This document shows, piece after piece, positions 40,901 through 50,081 of a stretch of 64,000 bases of DNA. Under the pieces are notes generated by a model that saw only the letters and a list, made by a program, of their open reading frames with translations, was not told the origin of the DNA and searched no databases. The position numbers and the translations under genes are program-made. The DNA is from Perkinsela sp. CCAP 1560/9 (Eukaryota > Protista > Euglenozoa: Kinetoplastea), in the NCBI GenBank assembly GCA_965644495.1, contig CBFFSA010000021.1, positions 119,756 through 183,755 on the forward strand, written 5' to 3'. Position 1 is the first letter of the stretch. Each line of letters opens with the position of its first letter.

Positions 40901-43425
40901 TGAATTTTTTTCCCAGCGCAGTTGCACAAGCAGGTTGGCTCCTGGCTCTCGGATTACTTGGTCATTTGAGGGAAATACAACTGAGCGACATATACTCATT
41001 GACTACATCCCACGGTATGCGAGATGCGCTAATAGTCTCCATTTTGCTTGGTGTAGCCATCAGCTCCCCTCGAACAGGAAGAACTGATTTAGGCGAATAT
41101 ATCGCTATGCATATTCCCGGGTTAGAACAACGTATTCCCGTAACTGCATCTAATGATGATACAATCTTTCGCAGACCCTCAACCCCGTATCAAGAATCAC
41201 TGGCGCGATCGTGTTTGCCGAACATCGAGTATAGCTCAGCGATTCGCCAAGCAGCATTCGTTTCTCTTGGGGTGCTTCATATGGGATCTTGTCATGATAT
41301 CTACTCCGCGACGCTTTTAAAAGAAATGGGTAACACATATGAGTATCAAAGCGGCTCACCGGGATACTCTTTGTCCGCAGGAATCGGTATTGGATTTCTG
41401 TGGCTAGGAAAAGGAAGTTTGTTAACGAATTCCATGAAAAACCCTACGGTGCGAAGACTCTTAGAACTCATACCTCACTGTGAAGGAATGGGCTTCTATG
41501 ACGAGCAACAGGTGTTTGAACGAGTTATTGGGGAAAACAATGAATTCAACTATTTCGCTGCAGTTGCCAGGCTTTCGGATCTGAAGTCTAGGATCACTGC
41601 AAGGGCTTCGCTTAAAACTCTGAACGAAACGCGTACGGAGCGAAAACGAATGGCCATTGGCGCTTGTATGGGACTATGCGGTATGTTTATACATTCGAAC
41701 GACTCAGAACCATGTAGCGCACTTTTCTCAGCGCTTGATTCCCCGCTTTGTGAATACCTTACACCGGAACAAGCCCTTGTGTTCTCTCTATGCAGCCATC
41801 TCATACGCTGGGACGAAATCGGAGATGATCCGACGTGGTGCCGTTCACAAATATTGCCCGTGTTTCAAGGGGTATATTCTGAAAGCACCTATCGAGCAAC
41901 ACAGCTTCACACGCGTCCAGGTGGGGTGCAGCATTTGCAAAGGATTGAGACACATAAGCTCGCAGGAACATATCTTGCGCTGGCCTTTCGTCATGTGGGT
42001 AATAAGCGTTCCGACCTTCGAGATTTCCTTATCACTGAATTGATTTCGCTCTATGGGCACGCTGGAAACCGTGAGCGAGACGGCACTCATCCGTCTCTTG
42101 CTGAATTAGTTCTGAACTCACCTTTGGGTGCGATGTCCACTCCTTCTCTCCTCTCTCTAGTTCCTTGTATGGCAGCTGCAGTTCTTTCCCTGGGTCTTAT
42201 TATGGTTGGAACTGCAGACAAATCGACTATACAATCGTTTGAGAAAGTTGAGGCGGTTGCAGATAGCACATCCTGCTTCGGACTACATTATGCCCTTTCC
42301 CTTGCAAAAGGATTTTTAGGACTTGGAAAAGGACTGCTCACGTTTGAACACAATGCTGAGACTGTCTTTGCACTTCTCTGTTCCGTGCTACCAATACTTC
42401 CCGTAGGACCGTGGGATGAAGCCTCTTTTCTTCCGGCTCTCCGTCACCTTTGTGCATCTTATGCAACGAGTCGCGTCCTACATACCTTCGATTCGGGTAC
42501 TAAGAAATCCGTATCATGTCGAGTGCAAATCATGATGAACCGGAAAAGTAAACAAATGCGATCCTCAGTAGAAAATATTCAAGACTTTTCTCACGAGCCT
42601 GAATCATTTAACATTACATGCAAATCACCTTGCACAATACCAACTGTAGAGGATATTGCTATTGTTCGTATTGAATTTCGTGAGAATGAAAAATATTTAC
42701 CCATTGAACTCAATGGGTTCGATTTGAGCACGTATGCATCAAGAACTGGAAAGAAACTAGCTTATAATATCCCGCTTGTTCAAAGACCGATTCTCGCGCA
42801 CACTGAAATATCGTTGCTAGATAGCCTTCCACCCACCAGCAGCTCGACACGGAAAGATAGTGTCAGGTTGGTGGATCTTTCTATGAATGATGTTACGGAC
42901 GAGATTATAAATGAGTATGGTAATGTGCTCCACGATTCGCCAGGCAATGAAATAAGAATTCTAGAAAGCATATGTGAAAGAAGACGAAGCGAAACTCACC
43001 TTAAGAATTCTCAGACAGTTACGGAAACAGCTCCGAAAAAGAATGATTGGGAAGAACTACAAGATCAGTTGCATACGAGGTTTATTTTACCAGTCCAGCT
43101 TCTGAATAGGGATGCCAATGTGAATTCCTTGCAAACTGATTCAGAGAATGCAAGTAGCACTTTTTCTACATTGCCACGTAATAGTGAGACATGGGGATGG
43201 CACAGGCAGTTACTTCGGTGGTTTACCTCTAGAGGTTCCGATTCTTCTTCCGTTGGATGTTCCAACAAGAAATCGTTATCTACCTATGAAGACCTAGATG
43301 TTGGCGTATGCACAGTCTTGTCTAGATTCCGGAACAGCAATTGGGGCACCGAATCTACATCGAAATCTCTTTTAAATCTCGCAGTTAAATGTCAAAACAG
43401 GATAGCAACTTTCGATACAAGATGA
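37927..43425 (+). CDS. APC1: Anaphase-promoting complex subunit 1
   Basis: WAIFHNAC.HGL, AGWLLALGLLGHL, ILLGVA, AAFVSLGVL.MGS, YSLSAGIGIG, LSLGLIMVGT and LPALRHL PC-repeat motifs. Confidence 0.88.
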   Translation: MDCPNNCYFMLLKYSDQNGQQLYRDGEGPEANLIWCDNKMLRLNLHIPHLGEAGIVTSDSQDKQSISSSASTIFCTHKCSFITLGEAERHELTIYDTATEDIQVLPLDNFQPHQLIPLSHYRGVVLIGSTAVTRSDLKRSEHSIAYFVNLEGSLHPMQLYPLELLSFISEELYSCTPKKSFPACQFEPASILKVLDITNVDACALPASVLTTKDDTKEIGCYLAVICVLDIDSTPTKNNEHSLQHYRLLLIAFELSPCGSKLRCFPLSYFDQWNSSGCSLSDVSAALQILHTEDDFMACIAVKHPGKAFPLVDDPSGDAHSWWISLYNYDLQKKNILNLQKCQWNLVRTFPVAYLSPGFVINSPSEWPDISLSPMRCPSDAYLWSKVELLKCPETRMFIFLLEMTEQMSTRSTYGYYYFRPRDGTIIPENDVLTFTVERTLDLLHQNRHDSGLLRSLEPYDTQTGACLKNFHQVYLEHARISCSLLREFLYLVQESVCDTTAMYIRSWIICNKNKPNANQTEFAAADHDYEDIKNEWLYLKEYIIRFVGTQNYESVSAERALSATEDKSRFLSSAIGNHILASLHLLRESVLLQEKYRNAYLMVPSLIALAKVIGACSYERYYQSFNDANGRLLEESVYDLEAKTGKEDFHSLVILIKQSHFKIAPSHLYNVVYRICQYFDEQCVLDIETLIKSSLRKIVSCAGRPPSRAFERHIPNSLFKKYNNIMYLFSIISFLQSTEEKYTNLTEAIGVRHSWWNNWESIRNDEQKHFSIQDVNYTYRKGEKNPAVFRILNVAAQQLCELNSSVGTSLRIEFRKKILQNRATGTTSQFYVFIDKIEMINESLEEGNRTLALQLNASHTLKIDNYEQGNDVQPILRRRMLKILTLPLARGLLGLASQTTNSINRTSVKKLPLIALEGVAEKLTFEIQWSQVEDMYRDTTSTEITLHGSVRSTFMFWAIFHNACSHGLALMPNARADPSKIYSIEYAKSLLNFFPSAVAQAGWLLALGLLGHLREIQLSDIYSLTTSHGMRDALIVSILLGVAISSPRTGRTDLGEYIAMHIPGLEQRIPVTASNDDTIFRRPSTPYQESLARSCLPNIEYSSAIRQAAFVSLGVLHMGSCHDIYSATLLKEMGNTYEYQSGSPGYSLSAGIGIGFLWLGKGSLLTNSMKNPTVRRLLELIPHCEGMGFYDEQQVFERVIGENNEFNYFAAVARLSDLKSRITARASLKTLNETRTERKRMAIGACMGLCGMFIHSNDSEPCSALFSALDSPLCEYLTPEQALVFSLCSHLIRWDEIGDDPTWCRSQILPVFQGVYSESTYRATQLHTRPGGVQHLQRIETHKLAGTYLALAFRHVGNKRSDLRDFLITELISLYGHAGNRERDGTHPSLAELVLNSPLGAMSTPSLLSLVPCMAAAVLSLGLIMVGTADKSTIQSFEKVEAVADSTSCFGLHYALSLAKGFLGLGKGLLTFEHNAETVFALLCSVLPILPVGPWDEASFLPALRHLCASYATSRVLHTFDSGTKKSVSCRVQIMMNRKSKQMRSSVENIQDFSHEPESFNITCKSPCTIPTVEDIAIVRIEFRENEKYLPIELNGFDLSTYASRTGKKLAYNIPLVQRPILAHTEISLLDSLPPTSSSTRKDSVRLVDLSMNDVTDEIINEYGNVLHDSPGNEIRILESICERRRSETHLKNSQTVTETAPKKNDWEELQDQLHTRFILPVQLLNRDANVNSLQTDSENASSTFSTLPRNSETWGWHRQLLRWFTSRGSDSSSVGCSNKKSLSTYEDLDVGVCTVLSRFRNSNWGTESTSKSLLNLAVKCQNRIATFDTR

Positions 43426-43728
43426 ATTCCACTGTTAAAGTAATTGTATGGACTGTGTAGAATGCAAAATCCGATTGATCGAACAAATGAGTTCAAGGTC
43501 TGACTACACCTCTCCAATTACACTATTTGAACGCGCTTGGTCTGAATTTATGAGTTGCAGACGGAGAGGGAATTCTAGCTCCCGCTTAAGCACACTTTTC
43601 TACACAAAAAAAACTCTTTTAAACAAAGAAGACTACAAGTTTCTTGAAGTAGGGTGTTGTACGATGATGTTGCATTCTTTACTTTTATACACAGAAAAAA
43701 ACGGAATAGCTTGTTATACATCATTGCT

Positions 43729-44613
43729 ATGAAATGGAGAATGTCGCGTGCGGTGGTCCGGTATGTTTCTCTTAGTCAGGCACATTGTACACGGCAATGC
43801 ACCTTCTTAGTTCGTTCTTATTCGACCCTTAATGATGCAAAAGATCAAAACACGACAACTGTCAACTGTGCTGCTGGACATCCGAACAAGAACAAACACA
43901 GCCATGCGCTCGATTCGATGATTCGAGTAGATCTAGCCGGGGAAACGGCAGCTGTTCGTATCTGCAATGCCCATCTCTATTTTTATCCCCACAACTCCGT
44001 GCTGCAAGAAATTCTACACGAGGAACAGCGTCACTTGGCCTTGATGAACGAGTGGGCACATAGAATACGCGCACGCCCAACTCTTCTAGATCCCATCTTT
44101 AAATTCGCCAGTGTGGGACTTGGGGTCGTAACCGCATTGTTGGGCCCCTCTTCGGTGATGTGTTGTCACGCTGCCATTGAGGATGTGATCGCAGCTCATT
44201 ACAATGATCAGCTGCGACAGTTGTGTTCTTTTTCTGAGGAGTCCACGGATGATGAAAAAGCTACGGAGGGCAGTAAATTGTCCGAAGCCCATGAACAGGT
44301 AAGCACGAATGGGGGTGGACATTCAAATAAAATCTCTGGTTCATCTGGATTATTTTCTTTCTGGCCTTTCAGTGAAAAAGAACCACATGAACCAGAAAGA
44401 TCTGCTTCTCCCCGTAACTTACCAAATCTCGGTAACAAGGAAAGCCATGTTGAGGAGCTGCGAAAAGTTGTCCGAAGACTTCGAGACGAGGAGATGCATC
44501 ACCACGAACTTGGCATTACGCACGGAGGCCGGGATTTCATAGGATCTTCAGTGTTGTACGAGTCTGTCCGTATTCTCTGTAAGACTGGAATATGGTTGGC
44601 AAAGAGATTTTAA
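43729..44613 (+). CDS. COQ7: Demethoxyubiquinone hydroxylase (COQ7/CLK-1) with an N-terminal mitochondrial-type presequence
   Basis: IRVDLAGE, EEQRH, RPTLL, IE..I..HYNDQLR and RDEEMHH di-iron motifs. Confidence 0.9.
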   Translation: MKWRMSRAVVRYVSLSQAHCTRQCTFLVRSYSTLNDAKDQNTTTVNCAAGHPNKNKHSHALDSMIRVDLAGETAAVRICNAHLYFYPHNSVLQEILHEEQRHLALMNEWAHRIRARPTLLDPIFKFASVGLGVVTALLGPSSVMCCHAAIEDVIAAHYNDQLRQLCSFSEESTDDEKATEGSKLSEAHEQVSTNGGGHSNKISGSSGLFSFWPFSEKEPHEPERSASPRNLPNLGNKESHVEELRKVVRRLRDEEMHHHELGITHGGRDFIGSSVLYESVRILCKTGIWLAKRF

Positions 44614-45298
44614 CTTTTTACTGAGACCAGAGATCCTCATAAAAGTTAGCCTAAGGTTCTTGTAGGTTGGCTCTCTAGTTTTTGGTTCACTCCTGTTTTT
44701 GGGTACCTTCTTTCATCCATCTGGGATCTAGAATGTACCCCGGTGGTATTTTAGGTTTCCTCGGAAGTATTTTATTATTTTCCAACTTTTAATGTGGTCG
44801 TTTCGGTTGGTTTTCAGTGCAAAAGGGTGAGTGTGAAGGCCGTAAAAAGTAAGGATGCGCCTACGAAAGCTTGAAAAATAACAAAAATGGTGTTCAAACA
44901 CGACACGATTTTTTTCATACTACATGAAAAAAAACGAAAGATTGAAATCTAATAAATACAAATCTTGAAAATTTGAATTCTTTACCGCATCCCCTTTCCA
45001 CTTTATTGCGAAGTGTGTCACGGAGACATTCAAAGCTCTCTTTTGCACTATAATAATTCGAAACCGACTGACTTGCGATATTATGAGATGTGAAGGTGTT
45101 AGTGATGTCAAGGTATGTGTGTGTGCGCGCGTGTGCGTGCGCATGTGTGAAAGGCATTACGTTTATCCGAACAAAAAAATGTATTACAGTTTCTGTAAAA
45201 TACACTTTCTGTACCCCGCTGTTAATCCTTTCTTTCCCCGGCAACGGGCGTACTCTTACTGTATTTTTATGCCCGTACTAAGGTCAGAACTGTCCTCT

Positions 45299-45970
45299 TG
45301 TCGCTGAAGCAGGGGACGCGCCTTCATCCCTTTACTCCTACCCGAATCGCTCCCCTGGAGTGAGTGTGTTTCCCTCTCTCGGCCTTCTTCGACTTGTTTT
45401 TCCCTCTCCGAGAGGGCGTGCGTCACGGTGGCCTCCCTTGAGGATCACTAGACGTGTCCTCCGCCGACGAAACTTTCGGCTCTCTGCACCTGGCGGTCGC
45501 CCAGCTCTCTGCACCCCGGCTCTGTCGCAGCTCTCTGCACCCGGATTGCCCCCGAAGCTGTAATGTGGGGATTCCGCATCGGGATCTCCGCACCTGGGAC
45601 CCCAGCTCTCCGCTGGGGTCACACCTCCGACGAGGACGAACCCTCACATGATCCACCCGTCGTATGCGGGTAAGGACATAGTGAGCAAATCTCTGCGCTA
45701 TAAGTGAATGACCAAACAAAACGCGGCTGCTCCGAATTGTGAGACACTCATAAGAGCTCCTCTCACAGTGAGAGGACGGTCAACGCGCTTTGATTCGTAT
45801 TATTCGATGCTGTACGAGGATCGTACTGGCTGTCGTGGAAGCAGGGGACGCTCTTCTACTTCATCACACCCCTCCCCGGCTCACTCTCCTGGAGTGAGCC
45901 GTCTTCCCTCCCCTGCTTTGTCCTGGAGCCCTTTCCCCCGGGGAGCCATGCGTCATGGTGGCCTCCCTTG
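45299..45970. repeat. Two diverged about 140-bp direct repeats (45299-45440 and 45831-45970) flanking CTCTCTGCACC-type short repeats
   Basis: Shared blocks GAAGCAGGGGACGC, CTTCATC, CCTGGAGTGAG and GCGTCA.GGTGGCCTCCCTTG. Confidence 0.75.
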
Positions 45971-46608
45971 GGTACCCCCTTGGCTCTGTCTCATGTTATG
46001 TCGAGGCAGCGGTCGGTTGCAGTGCGCCCCACCGGCTACGCAAAGAGAGGCGAGTTGCCTCTCTACACCTCTACCGACAGAGTTCGTCGAAGTTAGTAGT
46101 CTATGTAGAATTCTATGTGTTCTATGCGTAGAATATTTTTTATGTCAGTGATTAAAATTGTAAGAATGTTGAAAATTGAAGGCGCGCGGGGCCCAAGCGG
46201 GTAGTAAGAGCAACGGAATGGAACTCACGTAGAACTCGTGTAATGTTGAGTTCGTTGGGAAGAATACTTAACACCGATGATTGACATACATGAGTCGCGT
46301 TTAGCAACCAAGGCAGGAACCCACAGATAAGCTTTTGCCGCCGTGTACACGACTGTAGATTTATAGTGCCCGACTGTCTCCCACCGCTTGAGCCCTGTGG
46401 CGTGACTAGTAGGGTTCCATTCGTAGTCACTGCGATTTAAGTAGGAGTACCATACATTGCCGCTGCGAAAAAAAGTCCCCATTATTATACGTTGTGCCCT
46501 TTCTGTTTATCTGTTAAAAATGAAAGCCGAGACGTCGCTATACGACAAGTATGAAATGGTAGAGTTCTAGCACTGTATGCTTATACAGGTGCTTATGGAT
46601 TGCTAGTA

Positions 46609-46791
46609 CTGCCCCCCCTTCCTTTAAGCGCACCCAGTCAGACTCCCCCGTTTAAGCGCACATATGTAGAGTCGAGATGCAGACTCCGGCGCCGCGAAGC
46701 GGCGGCTATTTCTTTTTAAGTACCGATTCAGACCCCCCGTTTAAATGCACTTTTCACGAAAAACGAGGTGCGTTTAAACAGGGGGGGATAG
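46609..46791. mobile_element. 183-bp MITE of the Tc1/mariner/pogo type
   Basis: TA|CTGCCCCCCCTTCCTTTAAGCGCACC ... GGTGCGTTTAAACAGGGGGGGATAG|TA: imperfect TIRs, TA on both sides, internal repeats of CCCCCGTTTAA..GCAC. Confidence 0.7.
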
Positions 46792-47278
46792 TATAATTTT
46801 TTTAATGGAGACTATTTTTTAAAGGTTTTGGCAGCGACTTGTTGCGAGTGATCTTTAACCCTATAAAGTCATTCGGGTGTGAAATACAAACGTATGTAAA
46901 ACGTGTGGCATACAAACAATGGAAAACAACGTTTAGTTTCTCCATGATGATCAACAATTATACATTAGAATAGCCATGATACCAAAATTTCGGATTCTTA
47001 GCCTCTGAATTTTCCTTGCAGTGCCTCGGAAACACGGGTGGGTACGTAAGTAGTTACAGTGTGGCACTAAAAAAAGTTACTTGATTATGAATTTGCGTCC
47101 CTCGTGACGTTGTACGATTTTCTATTTTTTCGACAATTTTTGATTTAAAAAGGCACTGGGGCATAAGAACTTTACATTACTCCCGTTTCTAGCTACTTAT
47201 GGGTAAACCCTCAATTTGGGCCGCAAGTTTTCCTCCTATTCATGATTCATAAATTACATTACACTTTAATTGATCAAA

Positions 47279-48115
47279 ATGACAAGGGTAACAACCCGTG
47301 GCGATCCATCTCCCAACACGAGAAATGAAATTATGGCTATTTTGGTACGCTATCTGCATCGTTGTGGCATAAAGCAAAATGTTCTTCAAGCGATTTGGGA
47401 TCACAAACATTCAAGAGCCCAGTCCCGCGTTTATCGCCACTTTGTAGATCAACTCAACGGGCTAATGTCTGTTGAACCTACCTGTTGTATCTCCGAGGAT
47501 CGTGGCCGTTCCTCCTCACCTCTTGCCGCTCCATTATCCGAGTCTTATACGATACATTCAGAAAGTTCCTGCGTTCGTGCGCGTAGTCATGGTTCACTTT
47601 CGGAGCTTTCTTGCTCAGAGTCTTCCTTTGTGGCCGAACCAACGTCATTTCGCCATGTTCATCATCGGTGTGGGCAAGTTCGATATGCAATCGACAGTAA
47701 TCTGGATCGTGTTACTCCACTGGATATTGAGGGCAACAAAGTAAAAGTGCCCCTGGAAGCAAGGCGCCTTGTGTGGAAGCCTAATCGAAAACCTCTTGAT
47801 AAGAAACACACATATGACCGGGGTCCTCATAAAAGGGACTACCAAAGCAATGGCGTTTCCATAAATTCGAATCGTAAGGGTAGAACAGCAAACAACAAGA
47901 TGTCCCGCGAAACTAAGGAACTTCATTCGTCGTTAAAGTCTCGAAACATTAAAAACAAAGAACTTCAAATTGCAAAGCGACAGCAGTCTCACAGTATACA
48001 AAGCGGAGCACTTAAACCGGAGTCTCTGAAAAGTGATTTGCAGAGTACAATTTCTGCGGATCACTTTGAATATGAACGGAATGGGCGTCATCGTCGAGGG
48101 GATGTGGATGCATAG
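47279..48115 (+). CDS. Hypothetical protein
   Basis: About 278-aa ORF in cluster orientation; no motif recognised. Confidence 0.55.
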   Translation: MTRVTTRGDPSPNTRNEIMAILVRYLHRCGIKQNVLQAIWDHKHSRAQSRVYRHFVDQLNGLMSVEPTCCISEDRGRSSSPLAAPLSESYTIHSESSCVRARSHGSLSELSCSESSFVAEPTSFRHVHHRCGQVRYAIDSNLDRVTPLDIEGNKVKVPLEARRLVWKPNRKPLDKKHTYDRGPHKRDYQSNGVSINSNRKGRTANNKMSRETKELHSSLKSRNIKNKELQIAKRQQSHSIQSGALKPESLKSDLQSTISADHFEYERNGRHRRGDVDA

Positions 48116-48344
48116 CTTAGAAACTTTTGTCCTTGAAACAAAGCATCGATTTACGGATGGTCTTCGTTAAAATAGTTTGCGCCTTTCGGCGTTTTATTTT
48201 TATCGCTTTGCATCACTTTGAGCATCTTCATACAGATTCTGCACATACATGTATATTTAAATACGATGATATAAATTATAATTACGCGTTCTATTTTTTT
48301 TCTATTGGAATTTCAGTTTTTGCCTGCAGTGTAATTCGCACGAA

Positions 48345-49079
48345 ATGTCTTCGAATCTGCGCGATCGACTGCTGCGCATTGTTCCCACGGGAGCTGTAGG
48401 CGTACCAGATGGTAAAGATATCCTTGATTCTTCCCTTCCGGAAGAAACCATAAGCAATATCTCAGACAGATGGATGGACAACGAAGAGTACAACAAAAAT
48501 GGGCCTCAGGATGAATCCAGCTATTCTAATAGAATGGTTTTCAAAGAATACTTTTCTCCCGATGAAGAAAGCGATCGATTCGCGTTACCTGATCAAGAAA
48601 TTTCTCAGATACGAGGCACACGTAAACAAAATGTGGAAAACTCGTCAGATGCATGTGGTGATGTATCGATTCCTCCACAACAAAATCTTCAATATATTCC
48701 TGCATTCAAAAGAGCACGTGTTCGGGACGCGCGCTCCGCCGTAGTCCTGCCCAGCAAATCGCAACCCGAAATATTCGCTGAGAATCCGAGCCTCGATGGG
48801 AGGAAAGTCGAGGCACCTGGGAAGGCCAAACATGGGCATTTCTCTGAGGGTGATCGCAAAAAGCATGCGGACAGGCAAGCTCGTCGTTTGGCACACTACA
48901 ATGCATGTAGGGATTATGCAACCGAGCACGAAGCTGAATACCGACGTAGAGAAGCTCTCACGACTCGACAACGTCTTAAAGAGGACAGATCTCGCAAACT
49001 TGACTTGATACCGAACAGAGATGAACCGTGCCCCCCACTCTCGAAATACATGTTTGAATATGTATCGAAATATGTTTGA
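48345..49079 (+). CDS. Hypothetical protein
   Basis: 244-aa ATG ORF in cluster orientation with a charged helical C-terminus. Confidence 0.65.
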   Translation: MSSNLRDRLLRIVPTGAVGVPDGKDILDSSLPEETISNISDRWMDNEEYNKNGPQDESSYSNRMVFKEYFSPDEESDRFALPDQEISQIRGTRKQNVENSSDACGDVSIPPQQNLQYIPAFKRARVRDARSAVVLPSKSQPEIFAENPSLDGRKVEAPGKAKHGHFSEGDRKKHADRQARRLAHYNACRDYATEHEAEYRRREALTTRQRLKEDRSRKLDLIPNRDEPCPPLSKYMFEYVSKYV

Positions 49080-49265
49080 ATCTGTTTCTATATTGTTTGT
49101 ATTCGGCTGTGAATTGATAGATAGAGCGCGAATTCAATCCTTAGTAGGCTCATGGTTTCCAAAATATTTTGAAATATGAAGCGTGTATAAACATCCACCA
49201 TAGAACCCCTTTATTGCCCATGTTGCACAATGTGTAAGTTTCCTATCCTTGGGTTTCCCATCCTT

Positions 49266-49947
49266 GGCGGTGTGGGCGTAGTTGGTAGACGGTGGGCCTT
49301 ACAACCTGCAGGTTGTTGGTTCGATTCCCGCTATCGACAAAACTCGCAACCTGGCGGCCTCACTACAAGGGGAAAGCGATCAGGAGTGCCTTCAAGGCCC
49401 ACACCCAACCCCGCTCCCCTGGAGGACCGACCCGGAACCGCCGAGCTGAACCAGGCTCCAGCGCAGCCGCTAAATTGCGAGCTGCTTACGCAAAGGAGGC
49501 TTGAGACACAGCCTACACGATGCAACGGGGTGGACGCCCGTCCTGGTAGCTACGGTTGGGTAGCCGTGCTCGGGCCGCAAGGCGCCGAGTGCCGTCTGGG
49601 AAGGGGGTAGCAAGACGATGAAAGTCGGTGACCTGAGACTCCACCCTAACGGTTGGCACTGCAGAGCCCTCCGTGTCTTCTTCTTATCCTTGGGTAGGAA
49701 ACTACCCAAGGATTTCATTTCAAATACCCAATATTTCACGCACCAGCATACCAGACTGAGGTTTGTTGTGGTTTGGTTGGAAAGAGGTCAAAAAAAAGGC
49801 TGGGGAAACCTTGACCTCCTCCGGCGGGCATTACCGCCAGCAGGGCACCTGCAGTGAGCCTCACGGTAAGGACTCATAGTTCCGTACCATTGGTTTTTCA
49901 CTCGGTAATCCCGACTGCGTTGTCCCCGATATGTATTATTATATTAT
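49266..49947 (+). mobile_element. tRNA-headed SINE-like element (degenerate tRNA-Val(TAC)-like head 49266-49339, structured body, (ATT)n tail)
   Basis: A-box-like TGGGCGTAGTTGG, CTTACAA loop and B box GGTTCGATTCCC; stems are mismatched; TATTATTATTATTA at about 49934-49947. Confidence 0.55.
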
Positions 49948-50081
49948 ACTAGTATGTATCCGGCTCCGACTGTATCGGGAAACATGATAGCATAAAATTG
50001 GTTTCATGTAAAATTAAACAAGGAATCAAAACAATGGGCCGAGAGACATGAATGCGTTAATATTTCTCTGGTGTTCCACTG

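Noticed and set aside
45183-45215. TTACAGTTTCTGTA resembling the spliced-leader core
   Set aside because: It lacks the following CTWTATTG/GT donor and an Sm site; it is just a small palindrome.
45479-45612. CTCTCTGCACC repeats as a CRISPR-like array
   Set aside because: Repeats are only about 12 bp, degenerate and irregularly spaced; eukaryotic context with no cas genes.
49266-49339. Functional tRNA-Val gene
   Set aside because: Mismatched acceptor, anticodon and T stems and no T-run terminator; treated as a SINE head.
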